A DNA stretch of 64,000 nt from Candidatus Latescibacterota bacterium (lineage in GTDB: Bacteria > Latescibacterota > UBA2968 > UBA8231). Location of the stretch: positions 736,001-800,000 of the forward strand of contig CBDCXV010000011.1 of assembly GCA_965223905.1 (NCBI GenBank), read 5' to 3'. The position numbers were made by a program, and so were the translations under genes. The notes below the pieces were generated by a model. It saw only the letters and a program-made list of their open reading frames with translations, did not search any database and was not told where the DNA came from. Below, in pieces: positions 27,519-46,292 of the stretch; position 1 is the first letter of the stretch, and every line of letters starts with the position of its first letter.

Positions 27519-28150
27519 TTACCAGAGTGAATCCCGGCAAGTGCGGCTACCGCCCTCTCTGTCAGCAACACTGTGTCGGCCAAAACCACGTCGTAGGTCG
27601 AGACACTGTTGACAGGCCGTATTTCCACACCTGGAATATTTCGGCAGGACTTGACCATTGTCGTCTGGCTGTGAGGTGTCACAAAAAGCACTTTCTCTCC
27701 TTCGAGTCCGATCGCCCCCAGCACGCCGAAAAAAGATTTGGTGCTCGGCTCGGGAAACTCGAAATCTTGGATGACTTTAACCCGCCCACTCCGGCATTTC
27801 AGCGACAAGGCGGAAGAAAGCGCTTTCTTCTTCAGCTGTTTGGTGAGTTTCGACGAGTAGGTTCGTGGCTTGGGTCCGAACGCAACACCGCCGCCGCGGA
27901 GCAAATTGGTGGCGGCAGTCCCGCGCCGAGCCTGACCGGTGCCTTTCTGGCGGTGGTGTTTGCGGCCGGTTCGCCTGACTTCCGAGCGGGTTTTCGTGGA
28001 GGCAGTACCCTGTCGTTGGTGGGTTTCGTAAGCCACAACCGCGCTGTAGACGGCGTACTCGTTGACCTCGGCATCAAAAAGGTGTTCCGGGAGTTCGGCG
28101 ACGCCGACTGTTCCTCCCTCGATATTCACCACTTCAGCACTATTGCCCAC
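27515..28150 (-). CDS. rplD: 50S ribosomal protein L4
   Basis: RQGTASTKTRSEV, RQKGTG, GGGVAFGPKP. Confidence 0.99.
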   Translation of the reverse strand: MGNSAEVVNIEGGTVGVAELPEHLFDAEVNEYAVYSAVVAYETHQRQGTASTKTRSEVRRTGRKHHRQKGTGQARRGTAATNLLRGGGVAFGPKPRTYSSKLTKQLKKKALSSALSLKCRSGRVKVIQDFEFPEPSTKSFFGVLGAIGLEGEKVLFVTPHSQTTMVKSCRNIPGVEIRPVNSVSTYDVVLADTVLLTERAVAALAGIHSGK

Positions 28151-28163
28151 GGCGAGCCTGCTC

Positions 28164-28472
28164 TCAGACCTTAATTTCGATGCCGATTCCGGCAGGAAGA
28201 TCGAGCTTCATCAGGGAATCGACGGTTTGCGGCGTGGAATCGTAGATGTCGATGAGGCGTTTGTGAATACGGGTCTCGAACTGCTCGCGCGATTTCTTGT
28301 CGACGTGCGGCCCGCGCAGCACGGTGTAAACGGTCCTGTCGGTAGGTAACGGTACCGGGCCAGCGATTCGCGCCCCGCTTCGCCGGACGGTCTGAACGAT
28401 TTCGTCGACAGACCTGTCCAAGGCGGCATGGTCGTATGCCTTCAATCGGATGCGTATTCGATCTACAGCCAC
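28164..28472 (-). CDS. rpsJ: 30S ribosomal protein S10
   Basis: [22 protein letters not shown]. Confidence 0.99.
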   Translation of the reverse strand: MAVDRIRIRLKAYDHAALDRSVDEIVQTVRRSGARIAGPVPLPTDRTVYTVLRGPHVDKKSREQFETRIHKRLIDIYDSTPQTVDSLMKLDLPAGIGIEIKV

Positions 28473-28499
28473 CGCGAACCCCCGCTTATCCCGGCTTCC

Positions 28500-29693
28500 C
28501 TATTCCGCGATGCTGACCACGACGCCGGACCCGATCGTGCGGCCTCCTTCGCGGATCGCAAAGCGCAACTGCTCTTCGACCGCGATCGGAACGGGAGTCA
28601 AGTCGACATCCATCGTGACGTTGTCGCCGGGCATGACCATCTCCGTTCCTTCCGGGAGAGTGATCGCTCCCGTAACATCAGTCGTGCGGAAATAAAACTG
28701 CGGCCGGTACCCCGTGAAGAACGGCTTCTCCCGACCGCCTTCCTTACTCGTCAGCACGTACACCTCGGCTTTGAACTTGGTGTGCGGAGTTATGCTACCG
28801 GGCTGGCAGAGCACCATACCGCGCAACAGTTCTTCCTTTTCGACGCCGCGCAGAAGCAACCCGACGTTGTCGCCCGCTTCTCCTTCATCGAGGATTTTTC
28901 GGAACATCTCGACGCCGGTGCAGACCGTCTTTCGGGTCTCCTTGATGCCCACGATTTCGACATCCTCTCCCGTCTTGACGCGACCGCGCTCGATGCGGCC
29001 GGTGCCGACAGTCCCACGGCCGGTGATGCTGAATACATCCTCGATCGGCATCAGGAAGGGCTGGTCGACAGGTCTTTCCGGCATCGGGATGTACTCGTCG
29101 ACATGTTGCATCAACTCCTCGATCGACCCGACCCCCATCTCGCCGTTCTCCCCTTCGACCGCTTTCAGGGCCGATCCACGAACGATGGGAATGTCATCAC
29201 CTGGAAAATCGTACTCGGACAGCAGTTCGCGCGTCTCCAGTTCGACGAGATCCAGAAGCTCGGGATCGTCCACCATGTCCACCTTGTTCATATAAACGAC
29301 GATCCGCGGAACATTGACCTGGCGGGCAAGCAGGATGTGCTCCCGGGTCTGAATCATGGGTCCATCGGCGGCGCTGACCACGAGAATCGCGCCATCCATC
29401 TGGGCGGCGCCGGTGATCATGTTCTTGATGTAGTCGGCGTGGCCAGGACAGTCTACGTGGGCGTAATGACGGGATTCCGTTTCATACTCCTGATGGGAAA
29501 CATTGATGGTAACGCCTCGCGCCTTCTCTTCCGGTGCGTTGTCGATGTCGTCGACCGACTTTGCCTCGGCGAAGCCCTTGCTGGCCAAGTTCAGGGTAAT
29601 CGCCGCGGTCAAGGTGGTTTTTCCGTGATCGACATGCCCGATAGTGCCGATGTTCACGTGGGGTTTCGTTCGTTCGAATTGTTGCTTCGCCAT
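28500..29693 (-). CDS. tuf: Elongation factor Tu
   Basis: [25 protein letters not shown]. Confidence 0.99.
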   Translation of the reverse strand: MAKQQFERTKPHVNIGTIGHVDHGKTTLTAAITLNLASKGFAEAKSVDDIDNAPEEKARGVTINVSHQEYETESRHYAHVDCPGHADYIKNMITGAAQMDGAILVVSAADGPMIQTREHILLARQVNVPRIVVYMNKVDMVDDPELLDLVELETRELLSEYDFPGDDIPIVRGSALKAVEGENGEMGVGSIEELMQHVDEYIPMPERPVDQPFLMPIEDVFSITGRGTVGTGRIERGRVKTGEDVEIVGIKETRKTVCTGVEMFRKILDEGEAGDNVGLLLRGVEKEELLRGMVLCQPGSITPHTKFKAEVYVLTSKEGGREKPFFTGYRPQFYFRTTDVTGAITLPEGTEMVMPGDNVTMDVDLTPVPIAVEEQLRFAIREGGRTIGSGVVVSIAE

Positions 29694-29751
29694 GTTGTCC
29701 TTAAGTCTCCTTGTCTGTCTATTGCTAATCAGTTTACGAAGCGTAGCCGGA

Positions 29752-31830
29752 TCATCGACCCGCAGACTCTACGATTTCCTCGCTGATCTGGGCCGGAACC
29801 CGCTCGTATTTTGCGAACTGCATGCTGAAAACCGCTCGCCCCTGCGTAAGTGATCTCAGGCGCGTCGCGTAACCGAAAGTCTCCGACAGGGGGATTCGCG
29901 AAACGACGACCTGGGCGTCGGACCGCGTGTTGACACCCTGAATTTCGCCGCGATGGGAAGTAAGGTCGCCAATCACTTCGCCGAGATACTGCTCCGGGAC
30001 GACGACCTCAAGGTCCATGACAGGTTCCATCAAAAATGGCTTCGCCCTCTTCGCCCCGTCCCTGAAGGCCATCGAGCCGGCCACCTTGAAGGCCATTTCG
30101 GAAGAGTCGACCTCGTGGTAGGAGCCATCGAGCAAGATGACCTTGGCGTCTTCAACGGGATAACTCGCAATCGGGCCGCTCGTCATGGCCTCCTGAATTC
30201 CCTGCTGAACCGAGGAGATGTATTCGCGCGGAATGGCGCCGCCTGTGATCTGCGATTCGAAAACCATGCCACTTCCCGGCTCCCCCGGCTCTATTTCGAT
30301 TTCCACATGGCCGTACTGGCCGCGACCACCCGTTTGGCGCACGAATCGACCGGTAGCTCGCACCCCCTGTCCCAGACCTTCTTTGTATGCAACCTGCGGC
30401 TTGCCGACTTTCGCCGCTACTCTGAACTCCCTGAAAAGGCGATCCAGCAGGATCTCGAGGTGCAATTCGCCCATCCCTGAAATGATGGTCTGCCCGGTCT
30501 CTTCATCAATGCGCACGACGAAGGTCGGGTCTTCGTCGCTGAGCTTGGTGAGGGCAGCGAACAACTGCTCCTGATCGGCGCGGGTTTTCGGTTCGACCGC
30601 TACGTGCAGGACCGGCTTCGCGAATTCGATTTTCTCGAGCAGGAGGGGATGACTTTCATCGCAAAGCGTATCGCCGGTGGTGGTGTCCTTCAAGCCTACA
30701 ACGGCGACTATGTCGCCGGCGTGCACAGCCTTGCGCTCGGTGCGGTCGTTGGCGTGCATCTCGAGAAGGCGCGAGACGCGCTCGCGTTTGCCCGTCCCCG
30801 GATTGTATACGTACGACCCAGCTTCCAGGGTTCCGGAATAAACCCGGATGAAGGATAGTCTGCCGACAAAGGGGTCGGTCATTATTTTGAATGCAAGGCC
30901 GGCGAAAGGTTCACAATCGGCGGCGACGCGCTGCACGACCTCTTCCCCGTGCGGCACTGTACCGGAAACCGGCGGCACGTCGACCGGGGACGGCAGCAGA
31001 TCCACCACCGCATCGATCAGTTTCTGCACTCCCTTGTAGCGGAAGGCACTTCCACAAACCACCGGCACCACCTTCAGCGAAATCGTCGCCTTTCTCAGCG
31101 CCGAGACGAGTTCGCTGCGCGTGATCTCCTGCCCTTCGAGAAATTTCTCGAGCAGGTGATCGTCGAACTCGGCCACTGACTCGAGCATTTTCTCGCGATA
31201 CTCGAGCGCCTGAGGCAGCAAGTCGTCAGGGATCTCCCCTTCGTGAAACTTCGCACCCAGCGACATCTCTTCGTAGGTCGTCGCCTTCATATCGATCAGG
31301 TCGATCAATCCGGTATAAGTTTCGCCGGAACCGATCGGGAGCTGAATCGGGACGAAGTTGCTGCCTAGCCGGTCGTGTAGCATCTCGAGGACACGCAAAA
31401 AATCGGCCCCGTTTCGATCCATTTTATTGACAAATGCGATGCGGGGCACCTGGTAGCGGTCGGCCTGTCGCCAGACCGTTTCGGACTGCGGCTCGACTCC
31501 ACCGACGGCGCAAAAAACTCCGATTGAACCATCGAGCACCCGAAGCGAACGCTCGACTTCGGCAGTAAAATCGACGTGTCCGGGGGTGTCAATGATGTTG
31601 ATCTGATGGCCCTTCCACTCGCAGGCCGTAGCAGCCGAGGTAATCGTTATGCCGCGTTCGCGCTCCTGATCCATCCAGTCCATGGCCGTGGTTCCGTCAT
31701 GGACTTCCCCCATACGATGCAGGCGCCCGGCGTAGTACAAGATCCGCTCGGTCGTAGTCGTCTTGCCCGCATCGATATGGGCGGCGATGCCGATGTTCCT
31801 AGTAGCTTCTATGGTGAAAATGCGTGCCAT
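29752..31830 (-). CDS. fusA: Elongation factor G
   Basis: [30 protein letters not shown]. Confidence 0.99.
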   Translation of the reverse strand: MARIFTIEATRNIGIAAHIDAGKTTTTERILYYAGRLHRMGEVHDGTTAMDWMDQERERGITITSAATACEWKGHQINIIDTPGHVDFTAEVERSLRVLDGSIGVFCAVGGVEPQSETVWRQADRYQVPRIAFVNKMDRNGADFLRVLEMLHDRLGSNFVPIQLPIGSGETYTGLIDLIDMKATTYEEMSLGAKFHEGEIPDDLLPQALEYREKMLESVAEFDDHLLEKFLEGQEITRSELVSALRKATISLKVVPVVCGSAFRYKGVQKLIDAVVDLLPSPVDVPPVSGTVPHGEEVVQRVAADCEPFAGLAFKIMTDPFVGRLSFIRVYSGTLEAGSYVYNPGTGKRERVSRLLEMHANDRTERKAVHAGDIVAVVGLKDTTTGDTLCDESHPLLLEKIEFAKPVLHVAVEPKTRADQEQLFAALTKLSDEDPTFVVRIDEETGQTIISGMGELHLEILLDRLFREFRVAAKVGKPQVAYKEGLGQGVRATGRFVRQTGGRGQYGHVEIEIEPGEPGSGMVFESQITGGAIPREYISSVQQGIQEAMTSGPIASYPVEDAKVILLDGSYHEVDSSEMAFKVAGSMAFRDGAKRAKPFLMEPVMDLEVVVPEQYLGEVIGDLTSHRGEIQGVNTRSDAQVVVSRIPLSETFGYATRLRSLTQGRAVFSMQFAKYERVPAQISEEIVESAGR

Positions 31831-31851
31831 GAAATCGCTTTGGGATTCGAC

Positions 31852-32322
31852 TTAGAAACGGTAGTGGGCGAAAGCTTTGTTGGCTTCGGCCATTCGGTGA
31901 ACGTCATCGCGGGCACGCACGGCCCCTCCCTCCCCCTTGGAAGCCGCGAGAAGCTCGTTGGCGAGCCGGTCGGCCATTGTCCGTTCGGAGCGCTCGCGTG
32001 CGTACCGTATGAGCCACTTGATCGCACGCGTGGTGCGTTCCTCAGGACGAACATCGAGGGGTACCTGGTAGGTCTGCGATCCCACACGCCGGGATTTGGT
32101 GATGACGATCGGCTTGCAGTTTTCCACTGCCTTCAAGAACACGTCGATCCCCTGCTGATCCGACCTCCGGGTTACCATCTCCACGGCGTGATAGAAGATG
32201 CGTTCCGCCACGCTCTTCTTGCCCTTTGTCATGAGACAGTTGATGAAACGGGTTGCCAACACACTGTTATATTTTGGGTCTGGAAGGATCTGGCGTTTGA
32301 CGGCCCTGCGCCTGCGCGACAT
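31852..32322 (-). CDS. rpsG: 30S ribosomal protein S7
   Basis: GKKSVAE, MAEANKAFAH. Confidence 0.99.
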   Translation of the reverse strand: MSRRRRAVKRQILPDPKYNSVLATRFINCLMTKGKKSVAERIFYHAVEMVTRRSDQQGIDVFLKAVENCKPIVITKSRRVGSQTYQVPLDVRPEERTTRAIKWLIRYARERSERTMADRLANELLAASKGEGGAVRARDDVHRMAEANKAFAHYRF

Positions 32323-32693
32323 CAGGATTCCTTCCTCGCTCCGTATTTCGAGCGGCCCTGTTTGCGCTCGGACACTCCGCTCGTGTCGAGGACCCCGCGA
32401 ATTATGTGGTAGCGGACACCCGGAACATCCTTGACCCTGCCGCCACGAACCAGAACGATAGAGTGCTCCTGGAGATTATTACCCTCACCCGGGATGTAGG
32501 CGGCCACTTCCTGTCCCGTGGTAAGCCGAACGCGTGCCATTTTTCTCAGCGCCGAGTTCGGCTTCTTCGGAGTCGTCGTGTAAACGCGGGTACAGACGCC
32601 GCGCCGCTGTGGACACCCCTGCAGGGCAGGGGCATCTCGGCGCTTCGACAATTTCTTGCGGCCCTTTCGGACCAGTTGGTTGATGGTCGGCAA
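32322..32693 (-). CDS. rpsL: 30S ribosomal protein S12
   Basis: [18 protein letters not shown]. Confidence 0.99.
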   Translation of the reverse strand: MPTINQLVRKGRKKLSKRRDAPALQGCPQRRGVCTRVYTTTPKKPNSALRKMARVRLTTGQEVAAYIPGEGNNLQEHSIVLVRGGRVKDVPGVRYHIIRGVLDTSGVSERKQGRSKYGARKES

Positions 32694-32902
32694 TCTTTAC
32701 CGGGTCCGTTCTCGTCTTATCGGATTGCTTTGAAGCAACTGATGGCATCCATCCTACAATTCAAAGCCGTCTGCATCCACTCGTCCCCCTTGGCTGCCTC
32801 CAAGGGGCGTAATCGTTCTGAAGCCGAGTTTGTGATAAGCCCAAAAGCTAACCACAATTCTAGTATGCGTCAACAGACAAAATACCTAGGTATTCTTCAC
32901 CA

Positions 32903-37006
<4,104 letters not shown>

Positions 37007-37086
37007 GTTGCGCTCCCTTATTCAGTAAGGTCGAGTGCGACCGGATATTCTCACGATGGGTTCGCTGGGCCCGCGGAGTCAGCGAG

Positions 37087-40878
<3,792 letters not shown>

Positions 40879-41116
40879 GGCTGGACCTCCTCTTTGAGGT
40901 GGATGGAGACGAACAGGCTACTTAACATGCGGGCGCCACGCAGAGCATACTGCCTGCAGTCACAGATAGCCGCCGGCATTCCCCGCAGGGGAGAGGGATG
41001 GAATGCTCGGAAATGTCGCTGGACCCTGACGAGTCGCAGTGATGGGATTTTAGCGGGCAACCCCGGCAACCGTGGTGAAATCGCTTTTTGAAGGGCGCAG
41101 CCGCTCGGGCATTGGT

Positions 41117-41524
41117 CTACTGGATCTCCACTGTACCGCCCACTTCGGAGAGCTTGGTCTGGATCTCCTCCGCCTCCTGCTTGGTGATTCCTTCCTTCAC
41201 CGCCTTGGGGGCTTCGTCGACGAGGGCCTTGGCTTCCTTCAGGCCGAGACTGGTGATCTCCCGGACCACCTTTATCACCTGGATCTTCTTGTCTCCGGCG
41301 CTGGTCAGCACGACATCGAATGAGTCCTTCTCTTCGGCGGCGACCGCGGAATCATCTCCATCTGCGGGAGCGCCAGCCACTATCATCGGGGCGGCCGCAG
41401 ATACGCCGAACTTTTCCTCAAGCGCCTTTACCAGTTCAGCGAGCTCCAACACCGTGAGACTGCCTACGGTGTCGATGATTTCTTCAATTTTCGGGCTCAC
41501 TGTTGCCTCTTCGCTCATTGTCAT
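41117..41524 (-). CDS. rplL: 50S ribosomal protein L7/L12
   Basis: [21 protein letters not shown]. Confidence 0.99.
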   Translation of the reverse strand: MTMSEEATVSPKIEEIIDTVGSLTVLELAELVKALEEKFGVSAAAPMIVAGAPADGDDSAVAAEEKDSFDVVLTSAGDKKIQVIKVVREITSLGLKEAKALVDEAPKAVKEGITKQEAEEIQTKLSEVGGTVEIQ

Positions 41525-42069
41525 GGACCTCCATCATGAGTTGTCTGTCGTTCGTTGCGCTTCTGTTCTTCGATAGCCGACAGCACGCCTACTACACTTC
41601 GCAGTAAACCGGTCAGCGTGGAGCCGAGCCCGTAAATCGGACTCTGGACCGAGTTTACCATCCTGCCCAGCAATTCCTCGCGCGAGGGCAGCTTGGATAG
41701 CTCCACAACCCGGTCGGCAGTCAGCACCTGTCCATCCATGTAGCCACTTTTGATGGCGAGCTTGCCGCCGTCGTCGATGAACTGCTGCAGTATTTTTGCC
41801 GGCGCAACAGGATCGTCGAGGGCAAAGGCCATAGCCGTCGGACCTCTCAGATAGTCGGTCAACCCCTCCAGCCCGGCATCCTCGACGGCGAGCTTGGCAA
41901 GCCTGTTCTTAACGACCTCGTATTCGACCGAAGCGCCGCGGAGCGAACGCCGCAATCGCGTCACCGATTCGACGTCGACTCCGGTGAAGTCGGCAAGGAA
42001 AATGGACCTGGCTTCGGACATCTTCCGGGACAGGTTGGCGACCGATTCTCTCTTTTCTTCTGTGGGCAT
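41521..42069 (-). CDS. rplJ: 50S ribosomal protein L10
   Basis: VVKNRL, GPTAMAF, LPSREEL. Confidence 0.98.
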   Translation of the reverse strand: MPTEEKRESVANLSRKMSEARSIFLADFTGVDVESVTRLRRSLRGASVEYEVVKNRLAKLAVEDAGLEGLTDYLRGPTAMAFALDDPVAPAKILQQFIDDGGKLAIKSGYMDGQVLTADRVVELSKLPSREELLGRMVNSVQSPIYGLGSTLTGLLRSVVGVLSAIEEQKRNERQTTHDGGP

Positions 42070-42110
42070 CGGTTCCTAGCTGAATCCTCTCATGAGCGGC
42101 CTGAGCGCTG

Positions 42111-42812
42111 CTACAGGGAAATGGATGAGGGGTCGATCCGAATTCCGGGGCCCATCGTCGAGGACATAACCGCTTTTTTGATGAACTGCCCCTTGGCCGA
42201 AGCCGGTCTGCTGCGCAGGATGGCCTCGGAAAAAACCTTGGCATTGGCGAGCAGATCCGATTCCGAAAAAGAGAGTTTACCGATCGGAGCCTGAGCATTG
42301 TTGCCCGATTTGCTGTCCGCGCGATACTCGATGCGACCTGCCTTGGATTCCCTGACTACCTGAGCGATGGCGCGGGTTACGGTCCCCGTCTTCGGGTTCG
42401 GCATCATCCCTCTCGGACCGAGGATCCTTCCGAGTTTTCCAACTTGCCCCATCATGTCGGGCGATGCGACTACGAGATCGAAATCAAGCCATCCGTTTTG
42501 AATCTTTTCGACGATATCCGACCCACCGACAAAGTCCGCCCCGGCGTCGGCTGCCTCTTTCACAAGATCCCCCTGGGTGATGACCACAATCCTGACTTCC
42601 TTGCCCGTTCCGTGCGGCAACATGACCGTACCGCGAATCGATTGGTCAGCCTGCCGACCGTCGATCCCGAGATTGAACGCCAACTCTACGGACTCGTCGA
42701 ATCCACGTTTGGGAAAAGACTGGACCATCTTGATGGCCGCTTCGAGTGTCACGGCCTCGCGTTTGTCGTAGATGGCGATAGCCTGCTTGTAGCTATTGCT
42801 TCGCTTGGGCAC
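42111..42812 (-). CDS. rplA: 50S ribosomal protein L1
   Basis: LPHGTGK, LGPRGMMPNPKTGT, STMGPG. Confidence 0.99.
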   Translation of the reverse strand: MPKRSNSYKQAIAIYDKREAVTLEAAIKMVQSFPKRGFDESVELAFNLGIDGRQADQSIRGTVMLPHGTGKEVRIVVITQGDLVKEAADAGADFVGGSDIVEKIQNGWLDFDLVVASPDMMGQVGKLGRILGPRGMMPNPKTGTVTRAIAQVVRESKAGRIEYRADSKSGNNAQAPIGKLSFSESDLLANAKVFSEAILRSRPASAKGQFIKKAVMSSTMGPGIRIDPSSISL

Positions 42813-42842
42813 GTCATTCTCCTATCCTTAGGCACCGACTCC

Positions 42843-43328
42843 TTAGGCACCGACGTTTCCCGCTTCATTTTGCGATGCCTCAGCTTGTTGCAGATTTTGC
42901 CCCGGGGAGGCGACGATCAGACCCATGCTGCGGGCAGTTCCAGCGATCATCTCCACGGCGGAGACGACCGAATCGGCGTTAAGGTCTTCCATCTTCGTCT
43001 CGGCAATCTCGACTAATTGGTCGCGGGTCACGGTACCGACCTTGTCGCGGTTCGGGACTCCCGATCCCTTCTCGATACCTGCCGCTTTTTTTAATAACAC
43101 CGAGGCCGGCGGAGTCTTGGTAATGAAGGTAAAGCTGCGGTCGGCATATACGGTAATCACCACTGGTATGATCAACCCCTGTCCGTCCTGAGTGCTTGCG
43201 TTGAACGCCTTGCAGAACTCCATAATGTTGACGCCGTGTTGACCGAGGGCCGGCCCCACGGGAGGAGTTGGGCTCGCACTTCCGGCCGGTATCTGCAGCT
43301 TAATGACTGCGAGTTCTTTTTTCGCCAT
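42843..43328 (-). CDS. rplK: 50S ribosomal protein L11 with a roughly 20-aa C-terminal extension
   Basis: [18 protein letters not shown]. Confidence 0.99.
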   Translation of the reverse strand: MAKKELAVIKLQIPAGSASPTPPVGPALGQHGVNIMEFCKAFNASTQDGQGLIIPVVITVYADRSFTFITKTPPASVLLKKAAGIEKGSGVPNRDKVGTVTRDQLVEIAETKMEDLNADSVVSAVEMIAGTARSMGLIVASPGQNLQQAEASQNEAGNVGA

Positions 43329-43371
43329 AGGTATTCGTTCGCCTCACCAAATCGCCTGTTTGGCCCTTCGC

Positions 43372-43992
43372 TCAGCGGATGGCTGAACGCTCTTCGGCCG
43401 GCTCTACCTGCAGGACATCGAGTTCGACGGGAGTCCCGCGCCCGAAAATGCTGACCATTATCTTCAGCCTGCGTTTCTCGGGAATCACCTCCTGAACCGT
43501 GCCGACAAAGTCCTTGAACGCCCCGTCGTTGACCTTGACCTGATCCCCGACCAGGAAAGGGATCTCCTCAATCTCCTGCGACTTGCGGCGATCTATATGG
43601 CCGAGAATGTGGGAAACCTCTTCCTGAGTGAGTGCCTGCGGCTTGCGAGCAGGCCCGACGAAATTCGTTACTCCGGGTATGTTGGTCACCACGTGCCAAG
43701 CGTCCTTGTTCATCTCCATTTCGACGAGTACGTAGCTTGGTAGAAAGCGCTTCTTCGTAACGGTCTTCTTGCCCCCTTTCATCTCCACGACCTCTTCGGT
43801 CGGGACCACAGCCTGGTAGATGGCTCCTCCCGCATCACCTGATTGGATCAGCGATTCCAGGTAGGTCTTGACCTTGTTTTCGTGTCCCGAGTAGGTGTGC
43901 AGGGCATACCACTGCTTGAGAGCTTCCTCGCCTGCTGTGGATTGAGACTGCGGAGGGGGGGAATTCACGTTAACGACGAGGGCCTCAGACAA
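43372..43992 (-). CDS. nusG: Transcription termination/antitermination factor NusG
   Basis: WYALHTYSGHE, VSIFGRGTPVEL; start uncertain. Confidence 0.98.
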   Translation of the reverse strand: MSEALVVNVNSPPPQSQSTAGEEALKQWYALHTYSGHENKVKTYLESLIQSGDAGGAIYQAVVPTEEVVEMKGGKKTVTKKRFLPSYVLVEMEMNKDAWHVVTNIPGVTNFVGPARKPQALTQEEVSHILGHIDRRKSQEIEEIPFLVGDQVKVNDGAFKDFVGTVQEVIPEKRRLKIMVSIFGRGTPVELDVLQVEPAEERSAIR

Positions 43993-44170
43993 GCAGGATT
44001 GAGCGCACGTAGGACAAAACCAGGTCGAATAACCCGATGAAGATGGCGAAGGCTATGGAAAACACGATCACAATGGTGGTCGAATTGACCAGTTCGGTTC
44101 GCGTTGGCCATATGACCCTCGTAAACTCCGTGCGAACTTCGACCAAGAAAGTGGTGACTTTTTCCCACAT
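43985..44170 (-). CDS. secE: Preprotein translocase SecE
   Basis: EFTRVIWPTRTEL plus one TM helix. Confidence 0.97.
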   Translation of the reverse strand: MWEKVTTFLVEVRTEFTRVIWPTRTELVNSTTIVIVFSIAFAIFIGLFDLVLSYVRSILLV

Positions 44171-44211
44171 CCCCCGTAGCCCGGATTCCCACTACCTGCT
44201 CTGGAAAAAAC

Positions 44212-44284
44212 CAGGCCTGGCAGGACTCGAACCTGCAACCGCTGGTTTTGGAGACCAGTGCTCTACCAATTGAGCTACAGACCT
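44212..44284 (-). tRNA. tRNA-Trp (CCA), 3' CCA not encoded
   Basis: AGGTCTG/CAGGCCT acceptor stem, anticodon loop CTCCAAA, GGTTCGAGTCC. Confidence 0.97.
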
Positions 44285-44317
44285 AACAGACTCGTGTGTC
44301 GGTCGACCCGCATTAAT

Positions 44318-44470
44318 TCAACGGGTCTCTCGGTGAGACGTGTGTTTGCGGCAGAACCGGCAGTATTTCCTGTATTCCACGCGGCTGGGATGTGTGCGCC
44401 TGTTCTTGGTGGTCGTGTAGTTGTGCCTGCTGCAACTGTCGCATGCAAGGTGTATTTGGTCGCGTGGCAT
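44318..44470 (-). CDS. rpmG: 50S ribosomal protein L33 (Zn-binding type)
   Basis: Manual translation MPRDQIHLACDSCSRHNYTTTKNRRTHPSRVEYRKYCRFCRKHTSHRETR. Confidence 0.98.
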   Translation of the reverse strand: MPRDQIHLACDSCSRHNYTTTKNRRTHPSRVEYRKYCRFCRKHTSHRETR

Positions 44471-44583
44471 GCCGGGCGTGCCTCAATTCAGCTGACGTTA
44501 CGTGGCGATACAGCCCGCAAAGACCAAGCCGTATCTTGGTCTAACTTGATTCCAGCTATGGAGTTATAAATAACGAGAGTATC

Positions 44584-44659
<76 letters not shown>

Positions 44660-44674
44660 CACGTAACCTGAAAA

Positions 44675-44751
44675 TGGAGCGGGAAACGGGACTCGAACCC
44701 GCGACATCGAGCTTGGAAGGCTCGCGCTCTAGCCAACTGAGCTACTCCCGC
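44675..44751 (-). tRNA. tRNA-Gly (TCC)
   Basis: Cloverleaf GCGGGAG...CTTCCAA...GGTTCGAGTCCC...CCA. Confidence 0.97.
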
Positions 44752-44819
44752 AGCGTTCGCAACCCGGCCCCTTCGGACATCCGACCAAGCCGCATTCACC
44801 AAAAAGTTACAGACTTAAT

Positions 44820-44848
44820 AAGGTAAGAAACCTGAATTGGTGTGTCAA
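44820..44848 (-). promoter_or_regulatory. Sigma-70 promoter of the tRNA/ribosomal cluster
   Basis: TTGACA-N17-TACCTT on the minus strand. Confidence 0.7.
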
Positions 44849-44864
44849 TATAGTCCAACAGATA

Positions 44865-46290
44865 GTGCTGCTCGGCACAAATGAACCACTTCACTTTATT
44901 ACTATCAGGCCATCAGGGCCTTGCCCGTGGAGGTCCATTTGAACGGCTTGGCCAGGGTGCGGTTGAAGTATTCGATGAAGGCCCGAACGCGCTCTTTGAG
45001 CTGGTCCACCGAGGCGAAGCTGGCGCGTTTGAGCAGGCGCCGGACCAGGATGCTGAACCACAGCTCCATTTGGTTGAGCCACGAGGCGCGTTTGGGCGTA
45101 TACACGAACCGAATACGGTGCCCGGGATCGGCCAGGAAGGCAGCGCGGGAGGCTTTCGAGCGCAGGATCCCGGAGCGCCCCGCCCCTTCTTTCCCAGATC
45201 CTGATCAAGGTCGCACAGAACCGCCACCAGATGCACCCGGGATTCGGACTGATGCGTGTTGAGGTTGTCGACGATGAAGATCCATTCGCCCTCCCGATCG
45301 GTCCTCAGCGTCTGCAAGAAGTGGTTGGCGAAGTCCTCTTCGGTGCGCGTCGGGGCCAGCGTCGGGGCCAGGATACGACCGGTGGCGACCTCGAAGTTGG
45401 CGATCAGACACTGCGGGCCGTGGCGGATGTAGTGCTCCTCCCGGCGCTCGATATATCCGGGAATCGCCGGCGTGGTAGGATGCAGGCGCTCCGTTGCCTG
45501 CCTGCCGGTCTTCTCGTCGCAGCAGATCAAATGCACCCCGTGCTCGTGGAGCGTCCGGGCTTGCTCATACAGGGAACAGACCGTGGCCACGTTAGGGCCA
45601 AAGGAGTCCGCCTCCTCGGGCGCCGGATTGAGCCAAGACCGGGTCCGATGCGGCTTGAGGTCCGCCTGCTTTTAAAAAACGACCCACCGTACGGGTCGAT
45701 ATGCTCGCCACGATGTTTCGTTTCACCGCCTCTTCGGCCACCTCTCGGGCCGTCCCGTGGCTCACCGGGCGTTGCGCGTCCTGCGGCAGCTCACAGGCGA
45801 GGGCGATAATGGCGACGATTTGCTCGGGGGTGAACACCCCCGGCCAGCCCGCGCGTGGGGCATCTACCAGAGTCTCGGTGATGCAGCGGCTCACATCCGA
45901 CCGGCAGGCGCGGTGTTCGGCCGCGTGCAAGCGCTCCTGGGCCGCCGCCCAGCGTCGGCGCCACCGGCCCACCGTCCCCACATCCACCCCCAGGTCCCGG
46001 GCCAGATCCCGGTTGAGCCCCCCTCGGGCCGCGGCCAGCACGATGCGCGCCCGTCGGGCCAGACGCTGCGCCCCCGTGGAACGACGAACCAACCGCTCCA
46101 AATCTCTTGCTGTCGAGCGCTGAGCTCGAGGGCCGGAGCGATTCGCATGGGGTTGACGTACTCCTTTGGTGTATCGTACGGGGAGGCCGTCGTGGGAAGA
46201 AAGGGCAATCAGGGGGGACAGCCCTTGTACTCAGGGGGGGACAGCCCTTGTACAAGGATAATAAATAGCTACAATTGTGCCGCAGGACAC
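44865..46290 (-). mobile_element. IS630-family element 1 (degenerate transposase)
   Basis: TA flanks at 44863-64 and 46291-92; imperfect IRs GTG...CGGCACAA; HTH ORF 45592-46101, TTTTTTAAAA slippery site, CDEKTG / DNLNTH / SWLNQME motifs; extra frameshifts. Confidence 0.9.
46209..46253. repeat. 22/23-bp tandem duplication inside IS630 element 1
   Basis: TCAGGGGGG(G)ACAGCCCTTGTAC twice. Confidence 0.9.
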
Positions 46291-46292
46291 TA

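Noticed and set aside
28500-29693. Elfamycin-resistant EF-Tu
   Set aside because: Some unusual residues (GPMIQT, GREKPFF), but the resistance positions I can recall look wild type.
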